A DNA stretch of 64,000 nt from a virus. Lineage: Duplodnaviria; Caudoviricetes. The stretch is taken from IMG/VR virus record IMGVR_UViG_3300011335_000278, positions 3,447 through 67,446 of that record; one strand, given 5' to 3'. The notes below the pieces were generated by a model. It had not been told where the DNA came from and made no database searches. It saw nothing but the letters and a program-made list of their open reading frames with translations. The position numbers and the translations under genes were made by a program. Shown here one piece after another: positions 63,060 to 64,000 of the stretch. Each line of letters opens with the position of its first letter. The stretch's first letter is position 1.

Positions 63060-63602
63060 TTATACTGCTTCTCCGCCACTAATACTGATAGCGCATCCAG
63101 TAGCAGAAGCTTTAACTTGAATAGTTCCTGAATCATTCATAATCTGCGCTCCAACCCAATGTAGACTTGTATTTGCTGCAAGGGCATATTTGTAATAAAT
63201 GGCGTTTGATGTGTCTACGGTAGCAGTTCCTGTAATAGTTACGGGTGTAGCAACAGTTTGAGATACGCTAACTTGGTATGTTCCCACACCGCCTATACCT
63301 GTTTGTGGATCTGATATTGCAGCAGCCGTTACTCCAGAACCGCTAATAGTCTGATTAATCTCAAACCGTCCAGATGTCATAGCCGTAATAGTCATGGTTG
63401 TGCCGGCAATTGTTCCTGTTCCCACACCGGACGAGGCTGGGACTAAATGTATGTAAATATCAATTGATCCTGCTGTGGTGTTTGACACCATAATATCTTT
63501 AACAAAAGTGCGAGTATTTGTTGGCACTGTGTAAATTACAGCATATGCCGTACCCACTGCGGCTTGAGCTAACTGCGCTGGAGTTATATCATAAAAAGAC
63601 AT
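63060..63602 (-). CDS. Second allele of the 180-aa tail-associated protein
   Basis: 87% aa identity to 317-859. Confidence 0.75.
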   Translation of the reverse strand: MSFYDITPAQLAQAAVGTAYAVIYTVPTNTRTFVKDIMVSNTTAGSIDIYIHLVPASSGVGTGTIAGTTMTITAMTSGRFEINQTISGSGVTAAAISDPQTGIGGVGTYQVSVSQTVATPVTITGTATVDTSNAIYYKYALAANTSLHWVGAQIMNDSGTIQVKASATGCAISISGGEAV

Positions 63603-63784
63603 TAATTACTCCCTAACCACATAAGAACATTTTGGCCATTTTGTTGTGTAGAGGATTTAATATTATATTGATCTAAACGGTTAAAGTACAACCGCAATAC
63701 GTTTTGAAATTGATCAATCTGACTACGGCTATACTCATCAGGCTGGATTGGTAATGCGGGAGAACGTACTTTATAATCTGCCAT
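63602..63784 (-). CDS. Second allele of the 60-aa protein
   Basis: 85% aa identity to 859-1041. Confidence 0.75.
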   Translation of the reverse strand: MADYKVRSPALPIQPDEYSRSQIDQFQNVLRLYFNRLDQYNIKSSTQQNGQNVLMWLGSN

Positions 63785-64000
63785 TATCGTTTACCATCCT
63801 GTTTACCATCAAGCCGTGGGCTACCTAATTGCCATTGCACACCTATATCAGCGGATGATATTTTAAATCCCATCTGTCTAGCTCTAGCCCGTAAGAATAT
63901 CTGGTTGGTGTAGGTATTTACGGTGGTTTCTATAACATTCCTAGCTGGTGACGTTGAGTAGTCTGCGCCCGGAAAATTTCTAGGCTTCATAGTCATTACA
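63784..64000 (-). CDS. C-terminal fragment of the tail nozzle gene, cut by the window edge
   Basis: Protein identical to the last ~70 aa of 1041-2945; only synonymous differences, all in the last ~30 codons. Confidence 0.9.
   Translation of the reverse strand, partial: VMTMKPRNFPGADYSTSPARNVIETTVNTYTNQIFLRARARQMGFKISSADIGVQWQLGSPRLDGKQDGKR

Larger units (their letters stand above)
62744..64000. repeat. Right copy of the diverged direct terminal repeat
   Basis: See 1-1257. Confidence 0.95.

Noticed and set aside
63875-64000. The 126-bp exact match as the phage's physical direct terminal repeat
   Set aside because: It lies mid-gene and is cut by the window edge, so its true length is unknown. 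It is more simply the region where the two alleles converge or an assembly overlap.

Overview
The window is essentially one complete tailed-phage genome, probably a podovirus, plus about 1.26 kb of wrap-around. Positions 1-1257 are homologous to 62744-64000 at a constant offset of 62,743 bp, but the two copies are diverged alleles except for the last 126 bp. The capsid, portal and GroES module resembles HTVC010P-like aquatic phages (recalled, not searched). The leftward late arm carries TerS-like, a LexA-like HTH, TerL, portal, a GroES-like protein, scaffold, capsid decoration and major capsid genes. These are followed by an array of small basic proteins sharing a KKGG...SASKRADG tag, head-tail and tail genes, a collagen-like fibre next to a 2OG-Fe(II) oxygenase, a second fibre, a holin and an M15 peptidase. 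After the wrap come three probable ejection proteins and a 4,683-aa polyvalent protein (zincin-like motifs, N6-adenine MTase, strawberry-notch-type SF2 helicase). Early and replication functions are a rightward cluster of small acidic ORFs (27.5-32.6 kb) and leftward primase, SF2 helicase, ParB-like, ERF-like, SSB-like and PD-(D/E)XK genes, plus RusA. I found no DNA polymerase, integrase, tRNA or CRISPR array. Best candidates for new biology: (1) a promoter- and terminator-bounded ~125-nt structured RNA at 36035-36162 whose loop is antisense to an AACTGCTAGG(AG) motif at the RBS or 5' end of several early and replication transcripts; (2) an overprinted 124-aa gene with its own RBS inside the giant gene; (3) the GG-tagged small-protein array; (4) a kissing-loop leader RNA downstream of the capsid gene. 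All family assignments come from motif recognition by eye; no database searches were run.
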